This document shows, piece after piece, positions 41,565-51,071 of a stretch of DNA of 64,000 nucleotides; the stretch's first letter is position 1, and every line of letters starts with the position of its first letter. The stretch lies in contig CALVWP010000004.1 in the NCBI GenBank assembly GCA_944367495.1, forward strand, positions 6,202 to 70,201, given 5' to 3'. The notes beneath the pieces were generated by a model. It searched no databases, was not told the origin of the DNA, and saw only the letters and a program-made list of their open reading frames with translations. The translations under genes were made by a program, and so were the position numbers. Source of the stretch: an uncultured Bacilli bacterium (GTDB lineage Bacteria; Bacillota_I; Bacilli_A; RF39; UBA660).

Positions 41565-42350
41565 ATGGGAAAAATAATTGCACTTGTCAATCAAAAAGGT
41601 GGAGTTGGAAAAACAACTTCCAGCATTAATTTGGCTGCTTCACTAGGTTATCTAGGAAGAAAAACATTACTAATAGATTTAGACCCTCAGGGAAATAGTA
41701 CAACCGGTTTAGGTATTGACAAAGGTGACATAAAAAAAAGCATATATGATTTATTAACCGATGAAGCTGAGTTAAAAGAAGTAATCAAAAAGACTAAATT
41801 TAAAAACCTATACATTATTCCAGCAACTATAAGCTTAGCTGGAGCAGATTTAGAATTAGCCGAAAAAAGCAAATTGGATCCGACTTTTTCTAAAAATAGG
41901 CAATTAAAAACTAAATTAGAAGAAGTAAAAGAAGTCTTTGATTATATAATCATTGATTGTCCGCCCTCACTAGGACTATTAACAACTAATGCTTTAACAG
42001 CGGCCAACTCAGTTATTATTCCAGTACAGTGCGAATTCTTTGCCCTAGAAGGTATTATGCAACTATTAAATTCAATCATGCTGGCGCAAAAAACATTAAA
42101 CCCAACATTAGATATTGAAGGGGTTTTATTAACTATGCTTGATAATAGAACAAATCTTGGCTTAGAAGTTGTTCAAGATATCAAAAGTTATTTCAAAGAA
42201 AGAGTATATGATACAATAATACCAAGACTAGTGAGATTATCAGAAGCTCCAAGTCATGGTAAACCAATAATAAACTATGATCCTAAAAGTCGCGGAGCAG
42301 AAGCATACATTAATTTAGCAAAAGAGGTGATTTATCGAAATGGAAAATAG
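41565..42350 (+). CDS. soj: Chromosome partitioning ATPase ParA/Soj
   Basis: 261 aa. Deviant Walker A motif KGGVGKTT. Immediately upstream of parB. Confidence 0.95.
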   Translation: MGKIIALVNQKGGVGKTTSSINLAASLGYLGRKTLLIDLDPQGNSTTGLGIDKGDIKKSIYDLLTDEAELKEVIKKTKFKNLYIIPATISLAGADLELAEKSKLDPTFSKNRQLKTKLEEVKEVFDYIIIDCPPSLGLLTTNALTAANSVIIPVQCEFFALEGIMQLLNSIMLAQKTLNPTLDIEGVLLTMLDNRTNLGLEVVQDIKSYFKERVYDTIIPRLVRLSEAPSHGKPIINYDPKSRGAEAYINLAKEVIYRNGK

Positions 42351-43215
42351 AAGAGCTTTAGGAAAAGGCTTAGAACAATTATTTGATTTAGATAATTTAA
42401 ATGTAAATAATGTTGGTGACTTTGAAAAAAACATTTATGAAGATACTAAACATGAAGAAATTGTGGAATTAAACATTGATGATTTAAGACCAAATCCATA
42501 CCAACCAAGAACAATCTTTGATGAAGCAGCATTGCAAGAATTAGCTGAATCAATTAAAGAAAACGGTGTTTTCCAACCAATTATTGTTAAAAAAAGTATC
42601 AAAGGTTATGATGTCATTGCTGGTGAAAGAAGACTTAGAGCTAGTAAAATAGCTGGTAAAAAAACTATACCAGCCATCATTAGGCAAATAAGTGATGAAA
42701 AAATGGCGGAAATTGCTTTACTAGAGAACTTACAAAGAGAAAACTTAAATGCCCTAGAAGAAGCAAAAGCTTATAAAAGTTTAATTGAAAAATTAAATCT
42801 AACTCAAGAAGAGTTAGCCAAAAAAGTAAGTAAAAGTAGAAGTCATATTACTAACATGTTAGGTCTTCTCCGTCTTCCTGGTGAAGTTCAAGACATGATT
42901 ACAACCGGGAAAATAACGATGGGTCATGCTAGAGCTTTAAGTAAATTAGAAGATAAAGAAGAAATTGTGAAAATGGCCACCAACATCACCGAAAAAGGTT
43001 TAACCGTAAGAGATGTTGAAGCGCAAAGTGAAGAGGCCCCTAAAATACATCAAACAAATAGAAAAACAAAAAATAACGAATTTAAATATGTTCAAGATTT
43101 ACTTAGGGAAAAATTAGATACAAAAGTAAAAATAAAAGACAAAAAAATTGAAATATCTTTTACTAACACAGCTGATTTGAATAGAATTTTAGAAATTTTA
43201 AATATAAAGGAGTAA
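42340..43215 (+). CDS. spo0J: Chromosome partitioning protein ParB/Spo0J
   Basis: 291 aa. ParB box GERRLRA, HTH, C-terminal dimerisation region. Overlaps the soj stop. Confidence 0.95.
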   Translation: MENRRALGKGLEQLFDLDNLNVNNVGDFEKNIYEDTKHEEIVELNIDDLRPNPYQPRTIFDEAALQELAESIKENGVFQPIIVKKSIKGYDVIAGERRLRASKIAGKKTIPAIIRQISDEKMAEIALLENLQRENLNALEEAKAYKSLIEKLNLTQEELAKKVSKSRSHITNMLGLLRLPGEVQDMITTGKITMGHARALSKLEDKEEIVKMATNITEKGLTVRDVEAQSEEAPKIHQTNRKTKNNEFKYVQDLLREKLDTKVKIKDKKIEISFTNTADLNRILEILNIKE

Positions 43216-43219
43216 AAAA

Positions 43220-44008
43220 ATGGAAACGCTTTTAACTAAAGAAGTTATAACGACAGTATGCATAATCATAGCAGCGTTTGTTATTTATTTTGTTTTAAAA
43301 CAAATCATTACTAATTTTTTTATCAAAAAAGCTAGACATCGTTCTAATAAAAAAGCATTAACCCTCCTCACCATTTTAAATAATGTTATAAAATATATTA
43401 TCTTAATTATAGCTTTACTTACTATATTAGCTACTTGGGGTGTTGACACTAAAGCCTTAATTGCCTCTTTAGGAGTGGCTGGTGCTGTTGCTGGTTTAGC
43501 TATGCAAGATATGATAAAAGATTTTATAGGCGGAGCTGATATTTTAACTGAAGATCAATTTAAAGTAGGTGACAACATTAAAGTTGGAAACTTTCGTGGT
43601 ACTGTTATTTATCTTGGAATGAAAACAACAAAAATAAGAGCTTATACTGGTGAAGTAAAAATAATTGCTAACCGAAATATTAACGATGTTATAAACTATA
43701 GTATAATGCCAGCTGTTTGTGTAATCGATATTGAACTTTCATATGAAAATAAAACAGATGAAGCTGAAAAAGTATTAAAAACAGTTGTTGAACGGGTTAG
43801 TAAAATGGTTACCTATTTAAAAAGACCAATTCTTATTTTAGGAATTGAAGAATTAAAGGTAAATTCCGTTGTCTACCGAATAGAAGCTGAAGTGGCTCCT
43901 ATGAAAGATTTTGAATTTAATCGAATCTTTTTAAAAGAAATAAAAAAAGAAGCTGAAGCGAACAACCTAACCCTATCTTATAATAAGGTGGATGTACATA
44001 ATGTCTGA
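43220..44008 (+). CDS. MscS-family small-conductance mechanosensitive channel
   Basis: 262 aa. Three TM helices followed by the conserved beta-domain (GDNIKVGNFRGTV). Confidence 0.75.
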   Translation: METLLTKEVITTVCIIIAAFVIYFVLKQIITNFFIKKARHRSNKKALTLLTILNNVIKYIILIIALLTILATWGVDTKALIASLGVAGAVAGLAMQDMIKDFIGGADILTEDQFKVGDNIKVGNFRGTVIYLGMKTTKIRAYTGEVKIIANRNINDVINYSIMPAVCVIDIELSYENKTDEAEKVLKTVVERVSKMVTYLKRPILILGIEELKVNSVVYRIEAEVAPMKDFEFNRIFLKEIKKEAEANNLTLSYNKVDVHNV

Positions 44009-44183
44009 ATATAAATTAGGAAGTATTGTTATCATGAAAAAGCCCCATCCATGTGGACATAACGAATGGGAAATCACAAGAATGGGAGCAGACATAAAAA
44101 TAAAATGTTTAGGTTGTAGCAGAAGCATCATGCTTTCAAGAGTAGATTTTAATAAAAAAATAAAAAAAATAGTTAAAATATAA
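44001..44183 (+). CDS. DUF951-family small protein (YyzM-like)
   Basis: KKPHPCGHNEWEITRMGADIKIKCLGC Cys/His module. Start set to the ATG 10 nt after an AAGGTGGA RBS. Overlaps the mscS stop. Confidence 0.7.
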   Translation: MSEYKLGSIVIMKKPHPCGHNEWEITRMGADIKIKCLGCSRSIMLSRVDFNKKIKKIVKI

Positions 44184-44195
44184 AGGAGGACATCT

Positions 44196-45707
44196 ATGAA
44201 AAAGAAGAAAATATTGTTAGGACCTGTTATAACAATTATTATATTAACCATTATAATTATGATAGTAAGTGCTATTTGCGCTGCTCTAGGCGTTCAAGGT
44301 GAAATTACTAGTATTTCTAATCAATCATTAGAAACATCTATGGTTACTGTCAGAAGCATTTTTTCAAAAGAAGGATTGTCTTACTTTTTCTCATCACCAG
44401 TTGATACCTTTAAAAACTTTGAACCTTTAGTTTTATTAATTATTTCATTGATGGCAGTATCAATAGGTAAAGCAAGTGGTTTATTCAAAGCCATGTTTAC
44501 TCCCTTGCGTAGTTTAAAACCAGGAGTAGTAACTTTCTTTACTTTATTTGCCGGAATTGTATCTTCGTTTTTAGGAGAATATGGTTTTATCTTAGTTTTA
44601 CCATTAACCGCTGTCATTTATCAATATTTAGGTCGTAATTCAGTATTAGGAATTTTAACTGCTTTTATTGGTGTTAGTATGGGATATGGTGCCGGCTTAG
44701 TCTTTAATTACGATGACTATCAATTAGGATTATTGACCAAAGCAGCTGCCACCGTTGATGTTGATAAAGATTATGTCTTTAACGCATGGTCTAACTCTTA
44801 TGCCATGGTTGCCGCTACTTTTATCTTATCTATTATAGGAACTTTAATTGTTGAAAACATTCTAAGACCTAAAGTAAAAGAATCTATCAAAGAAGAAGAC
44901 GATTTAGTTATTTCAAAAAAAGGCTTGTTATTTAGCAGCATCGCTTTTGTGATTTTAATTTTAATATTTATTTATACCATTATTCCAGGTTTACCAGGTT
45001 CAGGAATTTTATTAGATAATAGTCAAAGTGATTATGTAGCTCAATTGCTAGGGCCAAAAGCTCCATTTAATGATTCATTTGCTTTTGTATTTTTGATTAT
45101 TATGATGATCTGCTCTGGTATTTATGGATTCATTTCCAAAAATATTAAAAACACAAATGATTTCAGTGTGGGTTTATCTAAAGAATTTGATAATTTAGGT
45201 TACATGTTCATCTTAATGTTCTTTGCCTCATTACTTGTAAGCGTTTTAAACTGGACTAACTTAGGAACTGTTGTGGCTTCTTGGTTAATATCATTTATGA
45301 GTACACTAGAGTTCACTGGATTACCTTTAATTATTACTATGTTCTTAATAATAATATTAATGTCATTCTTAATTCCCGATGCTATTACAAAATGGACTCT
45401 CGCCTCCCCTATTTTAGTTCCTTTATTTATGAAAGCCAATATCACCCCAGATTTCACTCAATTTATTTTTAAAGCAGCTGATAGTGTTGGTAAAGGCATA
45501 ACTCCATTTTTCGTATACTTTATTGTTATGTTAGCATTCTTAGAAAAATATAATAATAGAGAAAGCAATAAAATAACGGTCTTTGGAACTTTAAAATTGT
45601 TAAGACCAACAGCTTTAATATTTGCCGTAGTTTGGTTTATAATTGTTATTGGTTTCTTTGTTATTGGTTTGCCTTTAGGACCAACCGCCACTGCTCCAAC
45701 TTTATAG
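44196..45707 (+). CDS. AbgT-family transporter (p-aminobenzoyl-glutamate/antimetabolite exporter family)
   Basis: 503 aa polytopic protein. SKEGLSYFFSSPVDTFKNF and the C-terminal VWFIIVIGFFVIGLPLGP align with E. coli AbgT. Confidence 0.7.
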   Translation: MKKKKILLGPVITIIILTIIIMIVSAICAALGVQGEITSISNQSLETSMVTVRSIFSKEGLSYFFSSPVDTFKNFEPLVLLIISLMAVSIGKASGLFKAMFTPLRSLKPGVVTFFTLFAGIVSSFLGEYGFILVLPLTAVIYQYLGRNSVLGILTAFIGVSMGYGAGLVFNYDDYQLGLLTKAAATVDVDKDYVFNAWSNSYAMVAATFILSIIGTLIVENILRPKVKESIKEEDDLVISKKGLLFSSIAFVILILIFIYTIIPGLPGSGILLDNSQSDYVAQLLGPKAPFNDSFAFVFLIIMMICSGIYGFISKNIKNTNDFSVGLSKEFDNLGYMFILMFFASLLVSVLNWTNLGTVVASWLISFMSTLEFTGLPLIITMFLIIILMSFLIPDAITKWTLASPILVPLFMKANITPDFTQFIFKAADSVGKGITPFFVYFIVMLAFLEKYNNRESNKITVFGTLKLLRPTALIFAVVWFIIVIGFFVIGLPLGPTATAPTL

Positions 45708-45756
45708 TTGGAGTTTTTAACATTATTTGGTAAAATAATTTAAAGGGTGTGATTAA

Positions 45757-46995
45757 ATGTTTAAAAGAATAAATAAAAAAGTAATATTTATAATCTTGTT
45801 AGTAATCATATCTGTTATTAGTTTAGTAATTTATTTAAATAATAAAGTAGTAGACGATAATAGTGGCTTTACCTTAAAAAAAGACCTGCAAGCTGAAATA
45901 TATACAAAAACAAATATAAATGACTACATAGATAGCATTGAAGGTAAAATTTTAGAAAAGCCGGCCATAAACACTAAAAAATTAGGTAAACAGAAACTAG
46001 AATTTATTTATTTAAATAAAGACAATAGAAAAAGAAGAGGTACCTTTGAAATTGAAATAGTTGATACTGAAAAACCTTTAGTTTGGTTAAGCAATAACTA
46101 TAAAACTAAAGTTGGAACAGATATAAATTTAAAAGACAAAATTATATGTGTTGATAATTATGATAATAAACCATCATGTGAAATCATAGGAAATTACGAT
46201 ATCAACACCCCAGGTGTTTACCCCTTAAAATATGTGGCTAAAGATAGTAGTGAAAATGTTTTTGAAAAAGAATTTACTTTAACGGTTTATGAGCCAACAT
46301 CATCAGAAAGTAGTTCTAATCAAACACAATCAGAATCATCTGATCCACAATATACTGATTTTAAAATAGTTTTAAATAAGTATAAAAACGAAAACACTGA
46401 AATTGGCATCGATGTATCTAAATGGCAAGGGAATGTTGATTTTAATAAAGTAAAAAATGCTGGTGCTACCTTTGTTATGATAAGAGTAGGAAGTCAAAAA
46501 GGTGTTGGTGGTGAATACATTTTAGATTCAAACTTTAAGCAAAACATTGAAAACGCTTTACAAAATAATTTAAAAGTTGGTATTTACTTCTATTCATATG
46601 CCGATAGTCAAAAAGAAGCAACAAAACAAGCAAATTGGGTAATTAAACAAATAAAAAAATATGATATATCTTTACCTATTGTCTTCGATTTTGAAAGTTT
46701 TGATGCTTTTGATGATATGCAGTTAAGTATATTTGGTCTAAATGAAGTTGCTAATTCATTTATAAAAAAGGTTAACGAATCTGGTTATACTGGAGTATTA
46801 TATGGCAGTAAAAATTATTTAAATGCTATATGGAAATACCATACATCTCCAGTATGGCTCGCTCACTATACTGATCAAACTAATTATGATGGCGAATACT
46901 TTATGTGGCAAATGTGTGATGATGGTAAAATAGATGGTATAGAAGGCTTTGTCGACATAAATATTTTATACAAAAATAGTTCTAGTGAAAGCTAG
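45757..46995 (+). CDS. Membrane-anchored GH25 muramidase (lysozyme) with N-terminal Ig-like domain
   Basis: 412 aa. Signal anchor, then GH25 motifs IDVSKWQGNVDFNKVKNAGATFVMIRVG...YFYSY...DFE. Confidence 0.8.
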   Translation: MFKRINKKVIFIILLVIISVISLVIYLNNKVVDDNSGFTLKKDLQAEIYTKTNINDYIDSIEGKILEKPAINTKKLGKQKLEFIYLNKDNRKRRGTFEIEIVDTEKPLVWLSNNYKTKVGTDINLKDKIICVDNYDNKPSCEIIGNYDINTPGVYPLKYVAKDSSENVFEKEFTLTVYEPTSSESSSNQTQSESSDPQYTDFKIVLNKYKNENTEIGIDVSKWQGNVDFNKVKNAGATFVMIRVGSQKGVGGEYILDSNFKQNIENALQNNLKVGIYFYSYADSQKEATKQANWVIKQIKKYDISLPIVFDFESFDAFDDMQLSIFGLNEVANSFIKKVNESGYTGVLYGSKNYLNAIWKYHTSPVWLAHYTDQTNYDGEYFMWQMCDDGKIDGIEGFVDINILYKNSSSES

Positions 46996-47039
46996 ACTTT
47001 TTTCTTATAATAACTTATAATACATATTGGTGATGAATA

Positions 47040-48137
47040 ATGAGTTTAACCGCAGGAATCGTTGGATTACCTAATGTTGGTAAATCAACTTTATTTAATG
47101 CTATAACAAAACAAAATATTTTGGCAGCTAATTACCCTTTTGCCACCATCGAACCTAATGTTGGGATGGTTACAGTTCCAGATGAAAGAGTAGCTTTTTT
47201 AGAAAATTTATATAAACCCAAAAAAACAATTCCTGCAACTTTTGAATTTACAGATATTGCTGGTTTAGTAGCAGGAGCATCTAAAGGTGAAGGATTGGGC
47301 AATAAATTTTTATCACATATCAGAGAAGTAGATGCTATATGTGAAGTGGTTAGATGTTTTGAAGATCAAAACGTTACCCATGTTTCTGGTAACGTCGATC
47401 CAATTAGAGATGTAGAAGTAATTAATGTAGAATTAGAATTAGCTGATTTAGAAATAATTGAAAATAGATTGGGCAGAATGGGGAAAAAAGCAAGATTAGC
47501 CAATGATAAAGAAGCTATAAAAGAAGCTGAACTATTAGAAAAACTAAAAGAAAATTTAGAAAAAAATATTAATCCAAGAAACTTAGATTTAACTGAAGAA
47601 GAATTAAAAATTCTAAAACCATTTAATTTATTAACTTTAAAGCCCATCATCTATGTCGCAAATGTCAACGAAGATGAAATAAATTCTGAAAATGAATATG
47701 TTCAAAAATTAAGAGAATATGCCGACAAAGAACAAGCTGAAGTTGTTGTCATATGTGCCAAAATAGAAGCTGAATTAGCCGAATTAGATGATAATGATAA
47801 AAAAGAATTATTAAATGATTTAGGCATTGAAGAAAGTGGTTTAGATAAATTAATTAAATCATCTTATAAATTATTAGGTTTATCAACTTATTTAACAGCT
47901 GGCCCAGATGAAGTTAGAGCTTGGACATATAAACAAGGAATGAAAGCTCCACAGTGTGCAGGTATAATCCATACCGATTTTCAAAAAGGTTTTATTAAAG
48001 CAGAAATTATGAGTTTTGCTGATTTAAAAAAATATGGAACAGAGATAAAAGTCAAAGAAGCAGGTAAACTAAGACTAGAAGGTAAAGACTATGTTATGCA
48101 AGATGGCGATATCTGTCATTTTAGATTTAACGTTTAA
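47040..48137 (+). CDS. ychF: Ribosome-binding ATPase YchF
   Basis: 365 aa. G1 motif GLPNVGKST, TGS domain. Lies before rpsF-ssb-rpsR as yyaF does in Bacillus. Confidence 0.95.
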   Translation: MSLTAGIVGLPNVGKSTLFNAITKQNILAANYPFATIEPNVGMVTVPDERVAFLENLYKPKKTIPATFEFTDIAGLVAGASKGEGLGNKFLSHIREVDAICEVVRCFEDQNVTHVSGNVDPIRDVEVINVELELADLEIIENRLGRMGKKARLANDKEAIKEAELLEKLKENLEKNINPRNLDLTEEELKILKPFNLLTLKPIIYVANVNEDEINSENEYVQKLREYADKEQAEVVVICAKIEAELAELDDNDKKELLNDLGIEESGLDKLIKSSYKLLGLSTYLTAGPDEVRAWTYKQGMKAPQCAGIIHTDFQKGFIKAEIMSFADLKKYGTEIKVKEAGKLRLEGKDYVMQDGDICHFRFNV

Positions 48138-48163
48138 AAACAGTTAAAAAAGACATATTAATA

Positions 48164-49130
48164 ATGGTGAATAATATGTACTTTCTTAATTGTTTTTTTA
48201 TATACTCTATTTTAGGATTTATCTTAGAATGCTTATTTACTTTAATAACAAAAAATCACTTCGCTAGTGGAATTTTATACGGTCCTTGGACTCCAGTTTA
48301 TGGTTTTGGAGCTATATTTGTTAATGGAGGAGAAGAAAGAGAAGATTTGGATTGGGAAAAAGGCACTTTAAATATAAATGGTGGCACTTTTAAAAATAAC
48401 GTTGCAGGTGGTAATGGTGGAGCTATTATAGTTGGATGTTATTATAACAATTGTACAGACGTTAATATAACTGGTGGAAATATTACTAATAATATTGCAG
48501 GAAATCTTGATGGAGGCATTGCGGTTACCTCACAAGCAACAATTAAAATAAGTGGTGGTACTATAGATAACAACTCTAGTGGTTATGAAAGTGCACCTTA
48601 CAGATTTGAAAATTTATATCTAGCTACTGGTCTTTCTTTAAATGAAGATAAAAATGGAATGGTCGTAACAAGAGGTGAGTATTATAAAATAGTTTCAGCA
48701 CTTAATAATAGTAGTGCTATTACCTTAAAAAACAGTACTGTTTCTAACGGTAATGATGTAATTTTATACTCCCCTATTACAAGTAGTTCGCAGCAGTGGA
48801 CAATTTTCCCAAGAAAAGTTATTGATGGCCACGTATATCATATTTTTGAACTTAAAGGTAATTATTATTATATGAATTTATATGGACAGCCTTATGAGGT
48901 GGCAGCAGTGCGTGTTGCCGAAATATGACAGTGGCAAGATCACTCTGATTATCATTGGGTTTTTGAAAGTGCTGGAAACAATAAATATTATATAAAAACA
49001 TATAACAGTGAAAGCAATGAAGAATTTTGTTTAGGTGTTACAGATGGAGCTACAACCAATAATACAACTATTAAATCAGAAGTATGTAATAAAAAAACAT
49101 CACAGCAGTGGACATTTGTTCAGCAATAAT
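48164..49130 (+). pseudogene. Chimeric/decayed surface-protein gene: membrane N-terminus, Pmp-like beta-helix repeats and ricin-B (QxW) lectin repeats, interrupted by an in-frame TGA at 48926-48928
   Basis: N-terminus LYGPWTPVYGFG resembles small PF06541-like membrane proteins. FKNNVAGGNGGAIIV has Pmp-type FxxN/GGAI motifs. SQQWTIFP and the post-stop QWQDHSDYHWVFE...CNKKTSQQWTFVQQ* are beta-trefoil lectin repeats. The same frame continues through the TGA. Confidence 0.5.
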
Positions 49131-49166
49131 CCATTATACTTTATTTAAGAAAGGAACCATAATTAG

Positions 49167-49195
49167 TTTACATTTATCATAAATTTTGTTATAAT
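49167..49195 (+). promoter_or_regulatory. Sigma-A promoter TTTACA-N17-TATAAT for rpsF-ssb-rpsR, followed by a tight leader hairpin (GAGTAATT/AATTACTC)
   Basis: Near-consensus hexamers with ideal spacing about 65 nt upstream of rpsF. Confidence 0.55.
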
Positions 49196-49261
49196 CTTAA
49201 GCGAGTAATTAAATTACTCCTTGCTTTTTAAAAGCCGGTAAGACCATAAGGAGGTGTAAAA

Positions 49262-49552
49262 ATGAAAAACTATGAAATCATGTTTATCGTAAGACCAACA
49301 TTAGGTGAGGATGAAGTAAAGAAAGTCGTTAAAGATTTTTCCGCCATCATCAAAAATAATGGTGGTAAAGTAACTAAAGAAGAAAACATGGGACAAAGAG
49401 AATTAGCTTATGAAATTAAAGATTTCAAAAGTGGCTATTATTTCGTTTTTGAAGTTGAAGCTAATGACGACAAAGCAATTAAAGAATTTGACCGTTTAGC
49501 TCTTATCAATAATGACATTGTCCGCCATTTAATTACAAAAGTCGAAAAGTAA
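49262..49552 (+). CDS. rpsF: 30S ribosomal protein S6
   Basis: 96 aa. N-terminus [12 protein letters not shown]. Confidence 0.95.
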   Translation: MKNYEIMFIVRPTLGEDEVKKVVKDFSAIIKNNGGKVTKEENMGQRELAYEIKDFKSGYYFVFEVEANDDKAIKEFDRLALINNDIVRHLITKVEK

Positions 49553-49568
49553 GAAAAGAGGTAGTTTT

Positions 49569-50027
49569 ATGAACAGAGTATGTTTAGTTGGTAGACTAAC
49601 GGCAAAACCAGAATTAAGGTATACAGGAGGAAATGTTCCTTATACTAGATTTTCTTTAGCTGTTGACCGAACTTTTAATAATGCCCAAGGCGAAAGGGAA
49701 ACTGATTTTATTAACATTATTGTTTGGCGTCGTCAAGCTGAAAATGTCGCAAATTATTTAGATAAAGGAAGTAGAGTTTCTATTGATGGAAGAATTCAAA
49801 CAGGAAGCTATACAGCCGCTGACGGAAGTAAAAGATATACAACTGATGTTGTCGCAGATAATGTTCAATTCTTAGAAACAAGAAGAGAATCACAAGCTAG
49901 AGCAAACACTCAAACACCATATGATTATAATGATGCCCCAGCTCAAACTAATAGTGTTGATGTCGATGATGATCCTTTTGCTGATTTTGGAGACAATGTA
50001 TCAATTGATGATAATTTCTTAGAATAG
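49569..50027 (+). CDS. ssb: Single-stranded DNA-binding protein
   Basis: 152 aa. OB fold, acidic C-terminal tail DDDPFADF...DDNFLE. Confidence 0.93.
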   Translation: MNRVCLVGRLTAKPELRYTGGNVPYTRFSLAVDRTFNNAQGERETDFINIIVWRRQAENVANYLDKGSRVSIDGRIQTGSYTAADGSKRYTTDVVADNVQFLETRRESQARANTQTPYDYNDAPAQTNSVDVDDDPFADFGDNVSIDDNFLE

Positions 50028-50037
50028 GAGGATTGAC

Positions 50038-50253
50038 ATGGCAGAATATCGTAGAAAAAGAAAAAAAGTATGTCAAATGTGTGCAGGAAAGCACGTAAGC
50101 TATAAAGATGATACTGTAAAAAAATATGTCAGTTTAGATAAAGGTAAAATATTACCAAGAAGAATTACAGGTGCTTGTGCTAGACATCAAAGACATATTG
50201 CAAATGAAGTAAAAAAAGCTAGATTCATGGCCTTACTTCCATTTGTTAAATAA
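50038..50253 (+). CDS. rpsR: 30S ribosomal protein S18
   Basis: 71 aa. Arg/Lys-rich. Synteny. Confidence 0.93.
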   Translation: MAEYRRKRKKVCQMCAGKHVSYKDDTVKKYVSLDKGKILPRRITGACARHQRHIANEVKKARFMALLPFVK

Positions 50254-50285
50254 AACATTTACAAAAACAAGTAAATGTTTTTTTC
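50254..50285 (+). terminator. Rho-independent terminator after rpsR
   Basis: AACATTTAC/GTAAATGTT 9-bp stem followed by T6. Confidence 0.7.
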
Positions 50286-50338
50286 TTAAACTTTTCACAA
50301 ATTAATGTTATAATGAACATAAAAGGGAGGTTAGTCAC

Positions 50339-50860
50339 ATGGAAGAAAAAGAAGCATCTTTAAAAGATATTGTAAAAAATGATTACCAAGAACAAACCAT
50401 TTTAAACCTAAACATTCCAGACAATAAAATTGGTTTAGCTAGTGATCATAGAGGTTTTAAATTAAAACAAAAACTAACAAAATATTTAATTAAAAAAGGT
50501 TATACTGTCATTGACTATGGTTGTGATGATAAAACCAGTCATGACTACCCAGAATATGGTTTTAAACTAGGACAAGCTATTCGCGATGGCAAAATCGAAA
50601 AAGGTATTGCCATATGCGGTAGTGGTATTGGTATTAGTATGGCATGCAATAAAGTGGAAAAAGTAAGATGTGCTAAAGTAAATAATATTAAAGAGACAAA
50701 ATACACGAGAAAAGATAACGATGCCAATATCATTGCTATTAATGGAAACATGCCACTATTTAGAGCTAAAGACATTACCGATGTGTTTTTAAAAACACCT
50801 TTTAGCGCGGAAAACCGTCATCAAAGACGAATAGAAATGTTAAATAATTACAAAAATTAA
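50339..50860 (+). CDS. rpiB: Ribose-5-phosphate isomerase B (RpiB/LacAB family) with a ~28-aa N-terminal extension
   Basis: GLASDHRGFKLKQ, CGSGIGISMACNKV and NRHQRRIEML motifs match RpiB. GGGAGG RBS. Confidence 0.8.
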   Translation: MEEKEASLKDIVKNDYQEQTILNLNIPDNKIGLASDHRGFKLKQKLTKYLIKKGYTVIDYGCDDKTSHDYPEYGFKLGQAIRDGKIEKGIAICGSGIGISMACNKVEKVRCAKVNNIKETKYTRKDNDANIIAINGNMPLFRAKDITDVFLKTPFSAENRHQRRIEMLNNYKN

Positions 50861-51057
50861 TGTTTCTTAAAGGCTTTATTTATATTGTTACGGTAATTAT
50901 AACCATTTGGTCTTTAGAAAGCCTAAATATTTCTGGCATATTTAAAAAAAATAGATATTATTCATCTAGGGTATTATATCTAATAGTCGCTATGGCTTTA
51001 TCATACTTAGTCGTAAATTTTTTATATGATTTTTTTGAAAGTACAAGATTTATATAG
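50860..51057 (+). CDS. Hypothetical small membrane protein (65 aa)
   Basis: ORF with two hydrophobic segments. No strong start signal was evaluated. Confidence 0.25.
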   Translation: MFLKGFIYIVTVIITIWSLESLNISGIFKKNRYYSSRVLYLIVAMALSYLVVNFLYDFFESTRFI

Positions 51058-51071
51058 AAAGGAACTAAGAT

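Noticed and set aside
48926-48928. Considered that TGA might encode Trp (Mollicutes/Erysipelotrichia-type code 4), given the very low GC.
   Set aside because: All long housekeeping ORFs (dnaA, gyrA, mfd, ftsH and others) are intact under the standard code and several terminate with TGA, for example the maturase, ung and mscS. Only this one locus has an in-frame TGA.
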